The notes: generated by a model not told the origin, from the sequence alone. Numbered from the stretch's first letter, positions 1 to 14,497 are shown. The stretch: 64,000 nucleotides of DNA from Trichoplax adhaerens (GCF_000150275.1 NW_002060947.1:5118267-5182266), one strand, 5' to 3'. Numbers and translations are program-made.

Positions 1-1588
1 AATACTATTTTAATATATCTGCAGCCAAAATTTATCCTACTCTTATATGATACTAATATTTCGATCAGTGATTTGTCAAATAAGAATACTAAAATTAAAT
101 ATATAATGATGTATAAAATTCGTACATCTAAAAGTGAAGGACCAAGAAGTATATGGAATGGAAGGTTAAAGAAGCGCGACAAAGCGACTCCAAAAGCAGA
201 ATTAAACAATAAAAAAGATGAATACCAAAACATAAATACTTATTGTATTTAATTAAAGTGTACCTTAAGCGCGGAAGATATTTGTATCTTGATAAAATTC
301 TATCTATAAAAGCAGCCGCTATACTTTATTTTAATGACGTCGACGGATGTTTTGAGATCTTAATTTTTAATTAACAACTTTTAGGAAGAGTTGTTGAACA
401 TATATCAGACTATTTCCGTATCATGATAAATGAAAATAGTACTAGCAGCTCGAATAGTTTCTTATTTTTAATAAAAACGGAAAAAATCAAATGCAGATGT
501 AAAGATAAAATAAATTAAGCACCGTAAACTATTACTTACCGATAATGCGAGTATATTTGTTAATGACAATTTCAGAAAGAATTACACAATTAGTCGGCAC
601 CTTGTTTATTTTATTGTTTAGTTCAAATAAAATCAATAGCAAGAAAGGATTAAAAATTAATTGCGGAATAAGTTTTTATTATTAAAAAAAATAAACTTTG
701 GCTACGCGAGTTAAAAATTTGGATCCTAATACTGACTTGCAAACAGTCACTTTATTATAATTTCGGCCGCAGAAAAGATTCATACTTAGATATGCGACGT
801 TTGGTAATAAATCTTGAGATTAAAACACGCTAATAAAGAGCTTGTTTGTTTGTTTTTAGACGCAGAAAAATGGAAAAAAATACTGCTTAAACTAACGTAA
901 AATACTATACTATATACTTACATATAGCTATCATGCAAGAACAGTCAAAGCACATAGTAATAATTACTATATACTTTGCCATCAAAATGTCCGAAAAACT
1001 AACAACACACCGCTGTTATACAAGAAAATCTTTTCGAAATGATTATGTAAAAAATAAAAATATTGATTTTATAAATCAAGAAGACGATATATTTCGGCAG
1101 AATCATATCAGCATGCTCGTATATCAAGTGGACAAAGGATGCAGAGAGGCTACTACATTTTGTAGTTCTTTTGAAATAGTACTGTTTATTGTGAGAGTCT
1201 AAGGGTTTTGAAAGAAAAGGAGAGTATTCAAAGAATAAGAATAAACGTTTACTTTATATAATGTGCTTGTTATCTTATGAACTATAAGTCAATAAATTGA
1301 CTTTCATTATATTATCAAAATCTAGACGTCCTAAGGTTTACGGATTAATAATTTTATTACTGATAAGATTAATGTGTAGTGGACGTAATGTATTTTCTGA
1401 TGAGTTAACAGCAGCTTTAAAATATTTTTCATAAGTAGCCCTATTCTAAATATTGTAATCACATTTTTCTCTAATTGCATTTATATAATGAAAGCTGTAC
1501 TATTAACTTCTTAATCGAATAGTGATCAAAAGATGATATCACTTATGATGTTTCAAAGCATTTCTAATAATTGATATTGAAGCCAATG

Positions 1589-2707
1589 TTAAATTTTAAT
1601 TTTAGTTAGTGGAATTCTAGAGCTTTCATGTGGATGATGTATAATATTTTGATTTACTGCTTGGCTAAAATAACGACTAGTCGCTCGAACTGTAGTTTTT
1701 TGATTCACATTATTTAAACGCATTGGAAGTAAATATCGGAATCTAGATATTAATTTCATTCTAATACTATAGTCAAATTTAAAATAGATAAATGGGTTGA
1801 TAATGCTAATTCCAAATGTACTTATAAATGAAAAAAAAGCAAATAGATAATACTGTAATCCCATCAAGCGTATTTGTAGCAACGATTTTGCTGTTATAGC
1901 CATGCCAGCACAGGTTGCAAAGAATGGCCATGTAGTTAGAAAATAAATCAGAGTTATAAAAATCAGCGCCCGGATGAACTTTTTCTTCTTTAAATGACCA
2001 TCTTTTCTTCTTTTCTGTTTTACCTGTCCTGGCTGGACATAATGAGTTTGATATTTAACTATTTTACCATAAGTTATAACTAAGATAAGCATTGGAATGA
2101 GATACATGAAAACTCCTTGCAACACTAGGTAGACAGCGGTTGAAACTGAAACATTGGGTACATCACAAAATTTTGTATCCTCGCGATAAACATTGGCTAA
2201 ATAAAGGATAGGCAAAGCAATGCCAAGAGTTATAAGGCAACCGAGGCATTGGCCAACATAAACTAAACGTTTCTTATATTTTAGTGTGGTAACTGATATT
2301 GGCTTAACGATAGCCAGATAGCGATCAATACTAATCATGCATAAAGTAGTGATTGATACTCCATATGAAATAAATATTGTAAAGAGTAAGCATTTACATA
2401 ATATCGATCCCCAAAAATATCCAATCTTAACAGCAGCGACAAGCGTAAATCCAGTCATAGTGCCCATTAACGATAGAAGATCCGATATAACTGATATTTG
2501 AATAAGATTATAAGTCATAGAACGAAAGTGACGATCACTTTTAATCAAATAAAGTAATAGAAGATTTGCTATAAAACCAATAACAGATAGCGGAATAGCT
2601 GCAGAATAGGCATATATATTAACTATAGAATAATTAATGGCTACTTGAGTGGAATTATGAAATCTTTGATCATTCCAACGAGGCAAGTGATCACTAGTCT
2701 TCACCAT
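1589..2707 (-). CDS. Intronless class A (rhodopsin-like) orphan GPCR, array copy 1 (subfamily I)
   Basis: 372-aa ORF with 7 hydrophobic segments; TM1 GFIAN, TM2 ISVISD, TM3 C...SIDRYLAIVKP, ECL2 VYREDTKFCD, ICL3 YVQPG, TM6 TWPFF, TM7 INPFIY. Confidence 0.95.
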   Translation of the reverse strand: MVKTSDHLPRWNDQRFHNSTQVAINYSIVNIYAYSAAIPLSVIGFIANLLLLYLIKSDRHFRSMTYNLIQISVISDLLSLMGTMTGFTLVAAVKIGYFWGSILCKCLLFTIFISYGVSITTLCMISIDRYLAIVKPISVTTLKYKKRLVYVGQCLGCLITLGIALPILYLANVYREDTKFCDVPNVSVSTAVYLVLQGVFMYLIPMLILVITYGKIVKYQTHYVQPGQVKQKRRKDGHLKKKKFIRALIFITLIYFLTTWPFFATCAGMAITAKSLLQIRLMGLQYYLFAFFSFISTFGISIINPFIYFKFDYSIRMKLISRFRYLLPMRLNNVNQKTTVRATSRYFSQAVNQNIIHHPHESSRIPLTKIKI

Positions 2708-3678
2708 ATTTTTTATGCAAAAATTTTAAGAGTAAAACAATAATGTTATTTTCTTAGACGCATATATATAGCTCTTGCAGTATGTTGATATCTAGTTATT
2801 TTTAATTTGAAAATCCACTTCTATATTTAGGACCTTAACGGCATATAGAAATCAAATAGCGATAACCATTGTTGATAATTGTTATTTTTTTAGTTAATCT
2901 ACGTCGCCTAGTGGCATATATTTATATATGTCCTTTAGTAAATTATTTGAACACTGTCTGTAAACGTCATACTAGGATCGTCTAGAAAGAAAGGCGTCTA
3001 ATGTAAATTGATGATACGTCATACGCTATAGTTACATATTGCTGGGTACATAATAAGCGAACTCATACATTTAAATTAGTTTATATATTTATTTGGACAT
3101 TGATTAATAAATTATTTATGCTTAAATAATTTTCTGATTATAATAGCTTTATGTTAAAAGTCTATGAGAGCTAATTACCTCCAGTTGCAATAGAAACTTT
3201 ACTTCATTATTAATTTTCGTAATTGAAACTTTCTATTAGGTCGTGTTAATAGCAAAGATGATAATATTTGCTTGAAAATACGGTAAAGATAGATTAAAAA
3301 ATTTTTATAATTGTAGAATAATTTGATATTTATTATAGATATGTTACTATTAATTTACGAAATCCTAATGGTATCTGATATCTGGGCTAGACTGACCTGA
3401 TATCAGATGGCATCTTTAGAGAGATTTACAGCAGAATTCAATACTATACATCAATGCCATCACTTAAGATAATGAGCATAGTACCATTAAGGGTTAATAA
3501 CTCTAGATTACGTATAACATTCTTATCGCTGTGGTACACCATTATCGCAATAATATTGCTTATAGAAAAGATCCGATAATAAGTCATGAAATTAAGTAAC
3601 TGCTTTATGGTAAAGTAGAGCTGCATGGTATTATATGATACATATACACCCATAGAAGATTGAAATATGATTAATGTT

Positions 3679-4228
3679 TGTTACGGTGTTGCCTTGTTAT
3701 CAGGATGGTTTAATAAGTACAGTAGTATTTAGTATGGAGAATATCCATATTTGTAGTGCTAGATAAGATAAGTAATGCCTTAACGTGGATGTTGTTTGTA
3801 ATATTTCATGACATACTTGATATTGATTGTTATTGTGTGATAGATAGCAGTAAGACGATTTAAGTTCTAGTTGATGATAGTTGAATTAGACAACCTACGA
3901 GCTTAGATTAAGATTAAGTATGAGTAAGAGATTTAAAATATTTACTGATAGAAAAGCTATGTAAGGAACATCTCAGTACGAGATGTTTCTCCTATTAAGG
4001 TATAACAATAATACTGTTGCTGTTTACGAATTATACGGTTCCTATATAAACGGGAACATTTGAGTTCAGTGGTGGTAAAAAGTTGTAGATGTATCTTTGC
4101 TAATAATAGTTTCATCTTTACAGTGTTTTGCTGTATGTCTTTAACGTTAAGTAAAAGGACATTTAAGCCAGTAGCTACTTATAGACTTTTACTGTACGTT
4201 ACCTTGTCGCAGAAGTGAAATTGTGACA
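3679..4228 (+). mobile_element. Solo-LTR-like element, 550 bp
   Basis: TGTTACGG...TTGTGACA termini; perfect 5-bp TSD ATGTT (3674-3678 and 4229-4233); internal CTATATAAA; terminal hairpin TGTCGCA-N10-TGTGACA. Confidence 0.8.
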
Positions 4229-4436
4229 ATGTTGCATTATTAATTAATGAATACCGTGCTAATTAGAAATTGTTTGATTCATATTTTGAGTAGGACATCT
4301 CCTTGCCAAATATATTGTTCAAATTCAGTGATAAATGATTTTTGTCATGAATTTCATATAGATAAGAGATCTAATATTTCAGTTGTTATCATATTTCGCT
4401 CTGAAATAAAGTATATACTGAGGATAGAAAGGCTAC

Positions 4437-5002
4437 TGCCTTAAACCAGCTTCGTGACAAGGATAACGTAAAACAGATCTCTAAATTACTAAAATCTCCG
4501 GAATTCAGTATCCTTAACTATCTCGCAAGAATTTAGACGCCTTTGCTTCTACGTTAAACGACTAGAGAATTCTGATTTTATTCAGCTATCTACTGAGCTT
4601 AAGTACCCTTCGGTAGCAGCTAACATGAACGAGGTATCATAAGATTATGAAAGTTAATTCATATTAGCTAGATAAATAAATACTGAAATATTTATAATCG
4701 TAGATACGCACCGAATGATTCTAGATAACTAGACTATAGTATGCCATACATAGAATTATTTATGGTATCACCTATAATTGAGTATTTTCAGGATATTAAT
4801 GTCAAGCGTTGCAAGATGTAGTACTATGATCAATTAACATCAGTTACCATACAAGAACTCTTACTACACTTCAGCATAATTTACTACCACAAATAATAAC
4901 TATCGTGGTTTTACTATTAGTTATTACTAGTTAGTACATAAGTAAACGCTTAATTACCTAAATTCCGTTAGCTACTTATTCACGGTAATTCGTACGGTGA
5001 TA
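4437..5002 (-). mobile_element. Solo-LTR-like element, family B copy 1, 566 bp
   Basis: Perfect TSD GCTAC (4432-4436 and 5003-5007); degenerate termini (TGCCTT... and ...GTGATA on +). Aligns in inverted orientation with 56878-58197 once that copy's nested inserts are removed. Shares a core (AGAATTTAGACGCCT...CTACGTTAAAC) with family A. Confidence 0.8.
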
Positions 5003-7446
5003 GCTACTTATCATTAATTAATACTAGTAAGTTTTCGATGTTTCAAAACCTTCCTGCAGCTTGTTAGTTACTGTGCCTCATAAATAATGCTAAGAATTAG
5101 CTGTCGTTCGGTTATATTTTAAAAAATGAAATCATTTATTACTTTGAGGTGAGTAAATATTAGATTTTCCATATATGATCCGAAATTTTTTTCCCGCGAT
5201 ACTTTTAATTGTTCCCTATTTTAATATACTGCATTATGTAATACTCAAGATAACTATTTTGCTTTATGTTTGTAAAATAATAAATTTGATGAACTATTCT
5301 TCCTAATTGATGGTAATTATCATGAATAATTACTTCTATATGCTACAGTTACGCGTTCTTGTTGCCGTTAATAACTGGCAGTACTGTATTATCTTGGTTT
5401 AGAAGTATTCCTCAGTTGTTACTTATTGGTGAATTAAGTACCTTATTTTATTTGTATAAACTTTAAGTCAAACTTTTTTAGTAGTGTTACTGCAGCTGAT
5501 AGATATAATGCATAAATGCATATGGATAAAATGACATATTTTATTTGAAGCAAGCTTACGGAAAGAATCAGAATAAGACTGGCTAAATTGCTACTACAAG
5601 GTAGAGAAGCAGCAGTACACTCTGGCGTAAAATCTCATAGGCTAATTCCATTTAATAAAATTTTTCTTATTCATTACCACGTAATATGATTGTTCGTTAT
5701 AATTATTAAGAAATTAAATTCTGCTCTAGCCTTATTAACGGACATCGTAAAGCAATTTCATTGCTAAGGTAGCTATGACATTCGTTGACTTGCGAGTTTA
5801 TAATGGTTGTATGCATGGAATTGCATGCTATTATGATATTCTGACAAAAACTAACTCGTAGCATATAGGTTGTTAATTAGTTAAATGACAGAGATACACA
5901 CGTATTTCAAGCACAGATATATTAATATTCTCTTATCTATGGTAATTGCATTAGAATATAAATAAAAAATTATTGTTTTGGTTACCAAATATCCTTTAGA
6001 GCTGTTACTGAAATTCTTTTGTTATAAAAATTGCAAAATATATTTTTATCAATCCATTAATTAAGGACAATCTCTATGTAACGAATTTTTCAAAATGAAA
6101 TAAACGGATGGCTTGGAATCAAGTTACAATAGCTAGTTCGAGAATTATTAATAATTATAGCTTAGTTGCAAACAGGCATTAGAGGGGTAGTTCTAATTAA
6201 TACCAAACTACGTAGTAAATTTACTAAATTAACGAAGGAAAAGCATAGTTTTTTTCATATTATCTCCCAAGCGATTACCACAACCTCGATCGTTAGCAAG
6301 TATACTATACTACAATGGGATATTTAAATCGATGTTCAAGTCCTTTCTTAATTAGGTTTGGAGATAGCGTTGTGGTAATTATTGGCTTTCATGATAAAGG
6401 ATAAGAAGGCACCATGCAATACTAGGATTTACCAATGACGAAAGTATTGCCAGTAAGAAATTTGGTTTAATGACCTTTACTATTAAAAATGGATTTCCCT
6501 TGATCTAAAAACTAAGAGCTACACAGTAGCATTCGAAAGACAAATAAGAAATCCAAGGAAAAAACTGACTTAGTCATTTAAACTACCCGTTCAAATATTC
6601 ACATTGTTTGAAATCGTATTTTGCCTTATGTTACCAGAATATCCCAAATTGTTCTTGCGGACCTATAATAAAATAATCGAAGGTATCGTAGCCAACTGCA
6701 GTATATAATGAAATCATTATCTATTGACGCATCTAAGATATCTCATTTTATGCTTTCTTGTTGAAAATATCAGCTATAGTAATTATAATTATTAATATTT
6801 TAACATCGATATTGCAGCACTGATAATATTTAGTTGCATTAATGTAGACTATTAATATAATTTAGTCTACTTTGTTTTTAATTAGGTATTGTAAAAAGCA
6901 TCCACACTTTTCTATACAATTTACTTCATTGTCGTAGCATAGGTATGCTAGTTATCGTTGCAGATTTGTAGTAGGAATTATTCATTTGCTATTAAATGCT
7001 CAGAAGACAGTTTCAGCTCACAAACTAGCTAGGTACAGCCCAGACCTTCAACAGTCATAGTTGTTCTCCCCTAGGTTTGTAGTCAAGAAACGAGTAATCT
7101 TTTCATTCTTGGTATTGCAATTATAATATGTGATCTTAATCTATTCAATGCATTAACATAAAAAAATTTAATGAACTAAGTGCTTTGCCGTAAGTTTACA
7201 TAAGGTTTCACGTGAGACAAATAATTTGGCATTTTTATTATTTTTATGCCCAATACTACTTCATGAATACTAGAACGGTTATAACTTACTAAATAGTATT
7301 TGAAGAATTTATTTTACTGTTAGTTGCGAGCATTGCGACAAATCACAGGCTAGATGCTAGAATGATTAATCTGATTCCTAAGAATACGGTTTAATAGATT
7401 TTCATTTTATATCATCATAAGGGAATACGAAGAATACTGTTGTTTA

Positions 7447-8403
7447 CTACCTAAGATGTTTACCAATGATACATCGGAATAAATTTGTAGTGCCGTCTCC
7501 GATATTTCTATTGAATGATAAGTAAAAGCATGGGTTGATGATGCTAATAATCACAGTAATAACAAATGAAGATAGTGATATATAATATAGATTTTGATCA
7601 TCACGTCTAAGTCTATGAAATGTAACACCAGTTACTGCCATGCCGAATGTCGTCGCAAAGAATGGCCATGCTAATCGAAGATACGACAAACCAATAATAG
7701 GCATCATTTTAATAAATTTTTTTGTCTTACATCGGTCTTGTAATTGCTAATCTGGCAATATTTGGCCAGGTCTAACGCGATTTTTCAGGTAATTGATGAT
7801 TTTACTGTAAAGATAAGCCTTTAAGGTTGCTGATAAAATATACATTATTCTTGCTAAGAATATTATATAAATAGATAAGCTAGTATTAAATGATTCTAAG
7901 TCGCAAAACAGCGGATCATCGATATCACTCTTAACAAACCACAATGATGGCAAAGCTACGCAGATACTAAATAGTATGGAACCAGTAATTGCAAACATCA
8001 CAATTTTGCGCTTATGATTCTTATACCATAACGAAAATGGCTTAATGATTGCATAGTAGCGATCAAAGCTGATTAAACATAGCGTGGAAATTGAAATAGC
8101 AAAGGATAGAAAAAGAACATACATGGAAGCAGGACAAAACATTTTCCTGTACTATACGTTATTGAGATAGTGGAGATAAGGAAGAGGGCAATAAGTGCAA
8201 TGAATAGCATAAGATCAGAAAGATGAGACGTCAGAATTATCATATAAGTTATCGAATGTAATTTTTTATTACTTACTAATAATTACAATAGAAAGAAATA
8301 AGTTTAGAAGTAACCCAATAACAATTATAAATAGGCTAAATGTTGGTAAAATATTAAAGATTTCAGATAGTGTAACATTCGAACCGTTGGACAGATTTAT
8401 CAT
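7447..8403 (-). pseudogene. GPCR pseudogene, array copy 2 (subfamily II)
   Basis: ATG at 8403 (MINLSNGSNVTLSEIF...GLLLN); frameshift near the end of TM1 (about 8275); second frameshift at about 8145; then ...SFDRYYAIIKP...LFCD...RVRPG; in-frame TAG at 7747-7749; continues in frame through AWPFF...INPCFY to the stop at 7447. Confidence 0.9.
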
Positions 8404-8930
8404 GATTCTCTCCAAAAAGAACCTAATTTTGAAAGCAAGTCAGTGTATATGTTATGCAATATTACATGTACTTAATTGAGATTTAAGCTGTCAGAAGAGG
8501 TTAAAAAAATTAAAATACGGATGTTAATATTTATTAAAGGGGTTGCATCTGGCAAATCTCGGCGTAACTTAATTTGATTGTTTATCCAAAGCTTCAAGGG
8601 AAGCTGTTATCTAAAACCTTATTAAAATATGAAAGATAAAGCTCATTAAAACTTCGTTCGCTATATTTTTCTCAGTATCGTTTATTTATCGTCAACGTAA
8701 TCATAATTTTGGAATGTGTATACAAAATATATCAAGATACTGAATAGGTGATTCTAAGATGGTAATATCCAGCTGTTATGCTGAACTAGAATTTTAATTA
8801 GACCATTAACTTTTGAAGACTCATTAGCTAATTTTAATAGATATCATTCTTCATAATTAAATCAGAATTATTTGATTATAGAGGCGGATGTCAAGTTATA
8901 ATTATAATTTATTGCCATCTAATATACTTA

Positions 8931-9559
8931 TGTCACAAAAAAGCTTTGCAACAAGATAGCGTAATGTACAATCAATAAGTCAATTCCTTGAACCACGTAT
9001 CAAGGAACGATATCTGTACTATCACAAATACTTTTGCTCTGCTAGCAGACTGCACAAAGACTTAAACGCCTCGTATTTTACGTTAAACACTAAGTTTGAG
9101 AATCGACTTTATTACACGATATACTGCATTTATATACTATTCCTCAATAGTTCATGAGTCATAGTTAGTACGATTAACTTTGGAATCATTCACTGAATTA
9201 GATATTAATTTTAGCTACTGCTCCCTTACTGCAGACAACAGTATTTACGAACATAGATGTGTAATGACTAATACAGAATAGTCAGATTGCGATATGTCCT
9301 ATCACAGAACATTTCCATGATAATTTACAATCTACCATAAGTAAATTACAATCACAATGATTCGAACTGTAAGTAGATAATTTGCATTCCCTATTATAAC
9401 TATTAATTCAGTATGTGTATATGTGTCACTGTCATAAAAAGTCAGTGCTATATTAAAACACAGTATATCCAAATTAGAAGTTAACTAAATAAGGATAAGC
9501 TAACAGAATTATTCTAACATAGATATTTCTACTCTAATACAGTATATAACACTGTCACA
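8931..9559 (-). mobile_element. Solo LTR, family A copy 1 (629 bp)
   Basis: Closely similar to 31083-31712, 39358-39988 and 41353-41983; TG...CA termini; flanks ACTTA/GCTTA (4/5 TSD match). Confidence 0.85.
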
Positions 9560-10776
9560 GCTTATAATTATTGGTACCGGGGACTCGACTTTTCAGTGAA
9601 ATACTACTAACAAACAGCTTTATAGTATTGTTACTTTATATGCTTGGACTCATAAGCTAGTTCTAATAAACTTTATTTGTATTAACAGGTAAGGCCTAAC
9701 TATACCAGTTTAGGGTTGAAACTTTGTTAGAAAGTTGCTATACAGTCGTAATAGAATAGATATTTCTTAGCTTTAATACAAATCTCAGAGATTACTTTAA
9801 TGTAAGCAAATCAAAACTTCACAGTCTACTTTGCTACAATAAAGGAAAACCCTTCTGTGTGCTGCTGTCTTGTATTTTAAAGGATTCAAAAATATGTTAA
9901 GGTCAGAAATTTTTAATTATTGAAATAAATCTTTCTTACTCTAACAGGGCATATGGCAATCTTAAGTAAGCAGCCTTTAGCGAAAGTTGTTTACGATTAA
10001 TGTATCCTGGATGAGCTATTTTACATGTTAATTTTAAGTAAAACTCAAATTTAGACAGTTAATACAAAAAATAGATAATAGATGTGCGTTGATAAGAAAA
10101 TTAATCTAACAACTAGACGGCAATTTTTTACAGTCTACAAATATAAGTTTTATTTCTGGATGATGAAACTCTTTATGTTTTACAAGATGGTCAGCGTATA
10201 GTTTGTATTTAAGCGATGTAAAGATCTACTTTAAACCTTATAAGCTTCATTTATTGAGGAGCTACATGTTGCAATAAGTTACTACTTAGGTATCGTAGTA
10301 GTTGTTACTACTATCATGGTATACCTTAAGCAGTGCGATAAGCATGATAATTAATATGCTACCATACATATATTGATTGAAGAACGATATTTTAGGATAG
10401 ATGCGTTTGATACTAGTTAGCTGATATGAAACCTGACTTCATTTCAATTTCCTTTTCAATTATTGCTGAACTTCAATTTAAAAATTCCAAAGATATGATT
10501 TTCAAATTTTTAGATATTATATTAGTTTAAGTAAAGAAATATAGCAATATTTACAGCCATGCGATGATTTTCACTTGTTGTTAGCTAATAATAATACAAA
10601 AAGTTGAAACTAATATGCTGACTAGCGATAATATATAAAAGTATAATTGTGTTTGGCAATGCAATAGTGGTACAAATAGCATTTACTTTCTTTAGTAATA
10701 TTGTAATAGGTTTATGTTAAGTTAAGGGTTCGAGATAGCTTTGAGTTTATTGTAATAGACTCGCTAGGTAGACTCT

Positions 10777-11730
10777 CTATTTACAAGTTTTAAATGTTGT
10801 AACCAATTGAACTATACTATACGTTCCTGCTCTAATATTTTTATCATAAATAAAATATAGGATCGGATTTGCAATTGATATCATAGATGACGCTGAAAAT
10901 GATAATATGGCGAGATTGTAATGTACTAGATTTTCACTTTTCAACTGACGATAATTTATACCTGTAATGGCAAAGCCTGTCAGGACGGCATAGAGCGGCC
11001 ATGATAATAATAAAAACGACACACCCACAATAATCATCATTTTAATGAAGTTTTTCTTCCGTCGGCGATCCTGTATGAGCTGATCTTGTAAAACAACTCC
11101 AGGTCTGACATAGTTTCTCATACTGTAGATAATTTTACCATATACGATTGTCATAAATATTGCGGGAAAAATGTAAAATGTAACTGTGACTGATATCAGA
11201 TATACCGAATTGTAAGTGCTATTAATTACGAAATCACATAAGAAAGGATCATCAGGATAATTAGTGGCTAAAAATACTGATGGTATTGCTGCAAGTGTAC
11301 AAAATCCTATTGAAAAAGGAATCCCAAGTTTAATAAATTTAAATCTGTGTCTACGGTACCATTGCGATAACGGTTTTACAATGGCAAAGTATCTATCGAT
11401 ACATATTAGGCATAGAGATGTGATGGAAATTGCAGAGGAGACGAACGCTAGATAGATGAACAATCGGCAAATTAGTGATCCTTGAAAGAGAGGCACGTTC
11501 GATAAATTAAATAAAAAGGGTATAGTTGTACCAGCCGTGTTAGTAACCAAATCGCAGATGGATGCCACTAGGATAACCGTATATTTACCTTTGCGTAATT
11601 TTTCGTTATATAATATAATCACGGATAATATGAGATTAAGAAAAATTCCAGATACAGTTATGATATTGCCAAAGACAACGGAATAATCTTCTGAATATGA
11701 TTCTATACTCATATTGGACAGGTTAGCCAT
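10777..11730 (-). CDS. Intronless class A orphan GPCR, array copy 3 (subfamily II)
   Basis: 317-aa 7TM ORF; GIFLN, ASICD, CIDRYFAIVKP, YPDDPFLCD, YVRPG, SWPLY, ANPILY. Confidence 0.95.
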   Translation of the reverse strand: MANLSNMSIESYSEDYSVVFGNIITVSGIFLNLILSVIILYNEKLRKGKYTVILVASICDLVTNTAGTTIPFLFNLSNVPLFQGSLICRLFIYLAFVSSAISITSLCLICIDRYFAIVKPLSQWYRRHRFKFIKLGIPFSIGFCTLAAIPSVFLATNYPDDPFLCDFVINSTYNSVYLISVTVTFYIFPAIFMTIVYGKIIYSMRNYVRPGVVLQDQLIQDRRRKKNFIKMMIIVGVSFLLLSWPLYAVLTGFAITGINYRQLKSENLVHYNLAILSFSASSMISIANPILYFIYDKNIRAGTYSIVQLVTTFKTCK

Positions 11731-12913
11731 GTATCAGCTCTAGGTTAACCCTAGTTGGTTTGTTGCAGTTTACTTTAAATAAATTAATAGAAACAAACAA
11801 ACTGCTAACAGCTTTAGTTAATTTATAATATACTCGACTTAGAGAGCTTGCTTCAGAATTACTTTTCCGACATTTACAGAGTATGAAATTTGAAGTTTAG
11901 AGTATTTCCTTTTGTATTAAGGTCAGAAGTTCTTGCAATCGCAATGGAAGTGAATCCTAATGTAAAATGAGGAAATTTTATATAATCTTCCTAATCCGTG
12001 AAACTTTCAGCTACTGATAATTACTATGCTTAGGTCTAATTCTTATAGAGGTGAATAAAAATACATTAATATTTGCTGTATTTTTAATCGATGCTAATCT
12101 TGAATAAAATCAGAAACGGGTTGGTATAATTTGTAACTAAGATACTCTATAGCTTATGTAATATCTATAAAATTAGTTTAAAGAGGTTGAATTTAAGTTT
12201 ATTCATTCAGCATTATGCAATAGAATCGTAATCTATATTCCCATAGCAACGTAGCAAATAAATTATTTATCCGATGACGTTTTATATGTATGAATTAATT
12301 TGCAATTACACCATCGGCTATAAGATAAAAACCATATTTCTTTAATTGTTCTAGTCATTTACAAGGTATCTAGTAAATGCAGTGATTGCTATTATAGTGT
12401 ATAGCAGTTCATATTAGTGATTTCTCGCAGACTATAATCTAACTAGAATAATAGTTATCATCAATCTTACCGATACTATAACTTTACTACATCAAAGCAT
12501 AGGAATACTAGAAATTATTCTTAAAATAACGTAGGAATGTATATGTTATACTAATTATATTTCACATATTTGCAATGATTAATTATTAAATGTTATAATT
12601 TGCGATGATTTTAAAGTTAGCTGTCATTATTGATCAATTTATTAATTATTTTATAATGCTAGCATTTAGATTTTCATACAGAAAATGCAAAATTTTTGAC
12701 CCTTAACGCAAGATTTGAATATCCTCGTTTCTTGCAATAGAACCAATTACTAAGTATTATGCATTCTTCAGTCTAGCCAATTGCAATGAAGTTTATTGTA
12801 CTGATCTTATAGTAATAATTATTATTTACTAATAAAGGTCTTTATTAGATAGCTTCTTTAGCGGAAGTGCCAACAGCAGAGATGATTTTGTCTAAATAAT
12901 ACTCGTATGAACC

Positions 12914-13232
12914 TGTTACGGAGCAAAGCACCGTACTTGCTAATTAAATAGATTTTGTCAGTATTTAGTTAATGGATCATATTGGTAAGCGATAATTGAA
13001 ATTAAGAATATTAATGTCTGGATTGCTAGACGACAAAAGGCATAATTGTATTTGCAATTAATTAGTAGAGCCTATATACAGTAGGTATTAATAATGGCGA
13101 CACGTTAGCACCCGCTACTGTGCGACCGAAAGTAGTAAAGAACTACCATACAGTAGATCCCCAGGTGTAGTGGAGCAAAGCATAAGTAATCTATTAGTTT
13201 AGTGTAGTAGTTCGCAACATAAGTTTGTGACA
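12914..13232 (+). mobile_element. Solo-LTR-like element, 319 bp
   Basis: TGTTACGG...TTTGTGACA termini; perfect TSD GAACC (12909-12913 and 13233-13237); internal CTATATA. Confidence 0.8.
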
Positions 13233-13680
13233 GAACCTAAGAAGCTTCTCTAACCACTATTGCTAGTAATGTTTGTAATATCAAATTTTGTTGTACGCAT
13301 TTGTACCTTACCGTGACGCTTCTTCAAGCCAATAATGTTGTAAACGATAAATATGTTAATAAAATTTTGTAGATATTCAATTTTTTTAATCTCAGTGCGA
13401 TCAGCTAGAAAAGTACAACAAATGTTATAGGAATTAAAGATACTGGAGCTATAATTATAATAGAGTAGCTTTGGTTAGTAAATGAGCATGTCTTGCGTAT
13501 TTTGTGAAAATAAGTACCTTAAGGTATAGCGACAGTATGCATAGATGGGCGACTAATATGGTATTGCGCTCAATCTCCATAGGTGAATATGTCTATACTG
13601 TTATATACAGCTATATTTTTAGATATTAATCTATGCACATATGCATTTTATTAATATAAGAATAATAAATAGCACATACT

Positions 13681-14040
13681 TGCTACGGGACTCGCTCTAT
13701 GTGATGAGATAAAATTTATAAGGTTATGATAATTATATTCTATCGAGAAAAATAAGCCCTGGTACCTGTATGCATTGTATAAAGTCATAGAACTATATAA
13801 AGGGCTCGATATCTTACGGAAAAGACGATTCTCAATTAGGTTGTAGTAAAGAACACTATGCTACCTCATTATCTGGCTCAATAAAAGGTCTTAACTATAA
13901 ACGATACCATTTATCTTGTACTAATAGGAAATACTGGAACAGGTTAGTTTCCTCCACTACAGATCTCTGAGAGTTAAACTGAGATCGACTTACAATAGAT
14001 AGTAAAGTTTTGGTCTGCTTACAAAGGCTGGTTTGAGACA
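13681..14040 (+). mobile_element. Solo-LTR-like element, 360 bp
   Basis: TGCTACGG...GCTGGTTTGAGACA (the 3' end resembles family A/B ends); perfect TSD ATACT (13676-13680 and 14041-14045); internal CTATATAAA and a downstream AATAAA. Confidence 0.75.
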
Positions 14041-14497
14041 ATACTATAACATGACAATATGATTCTAGTCATTCTACTAACTTTATAGTATATTATTGTA
14101 ATTATTTTTAATGTGAGACTACAGACATTGCTATCTTTGATGAAATCTTACAAAAATGATATTGTACCGGTCTGTATCAGAATTTCTTTATAATTGGAAA
14201 TATTGTCAAAAGTTATTTGTTGCCCATTATTGCAGCGTTATCATGAGTTACTATTAGTAAGATAGCCTAAAGCTCTGATAAGCTTCATCTCTGCTGTAAT
14301 GAAACCGCTACGTGTAAGCACAATCTACGATTTTGCAGTAGATGTAGAGGATATAGAATTATTAGTATCACAAATAAGTAGGAGATCAATGCCTATCAAT
14401 CTTATTAGGATCGTGACTACACATATTTGCCAAATGCTTAATATTAATAATATATAAAGATAGGTATTTGAAATAAAGAAAGCTGATAGAGTTAGTA

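Noticed and set aside
933-1202. 89-aa ORF and other short intergenic ORFs (3444, 4247, 19241, 19579, 22091, 30100, 41140, 42711, 45012, 48742, 51843, 52240, 53066, 56635, 57537, 57658, 58604, 59172)
   Set aside because: No recognisable domain; AT-driven composition; many have non-ATG starts; several span LTR boundaries.
3373-3408. 10-bp stem ATCTGATATC...GATATCAGAT (and similar small hairpins at about 19643-19663 and 42660-42706)
   Set aside because: Short or imperfect, isolated, and within what chance could give.
11264-11455. Plus-strand ORFs antisense to GPCR or RTN4IP1 exons (also 34125-34316, 49829-50065, 55837-56076) and alternative-frame overlaps (18145-18354, 33412-33615, 53630-53833, 62248-62433)
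   Set aside because: Shadow ORFs of real coding sequence with no independent motifs.
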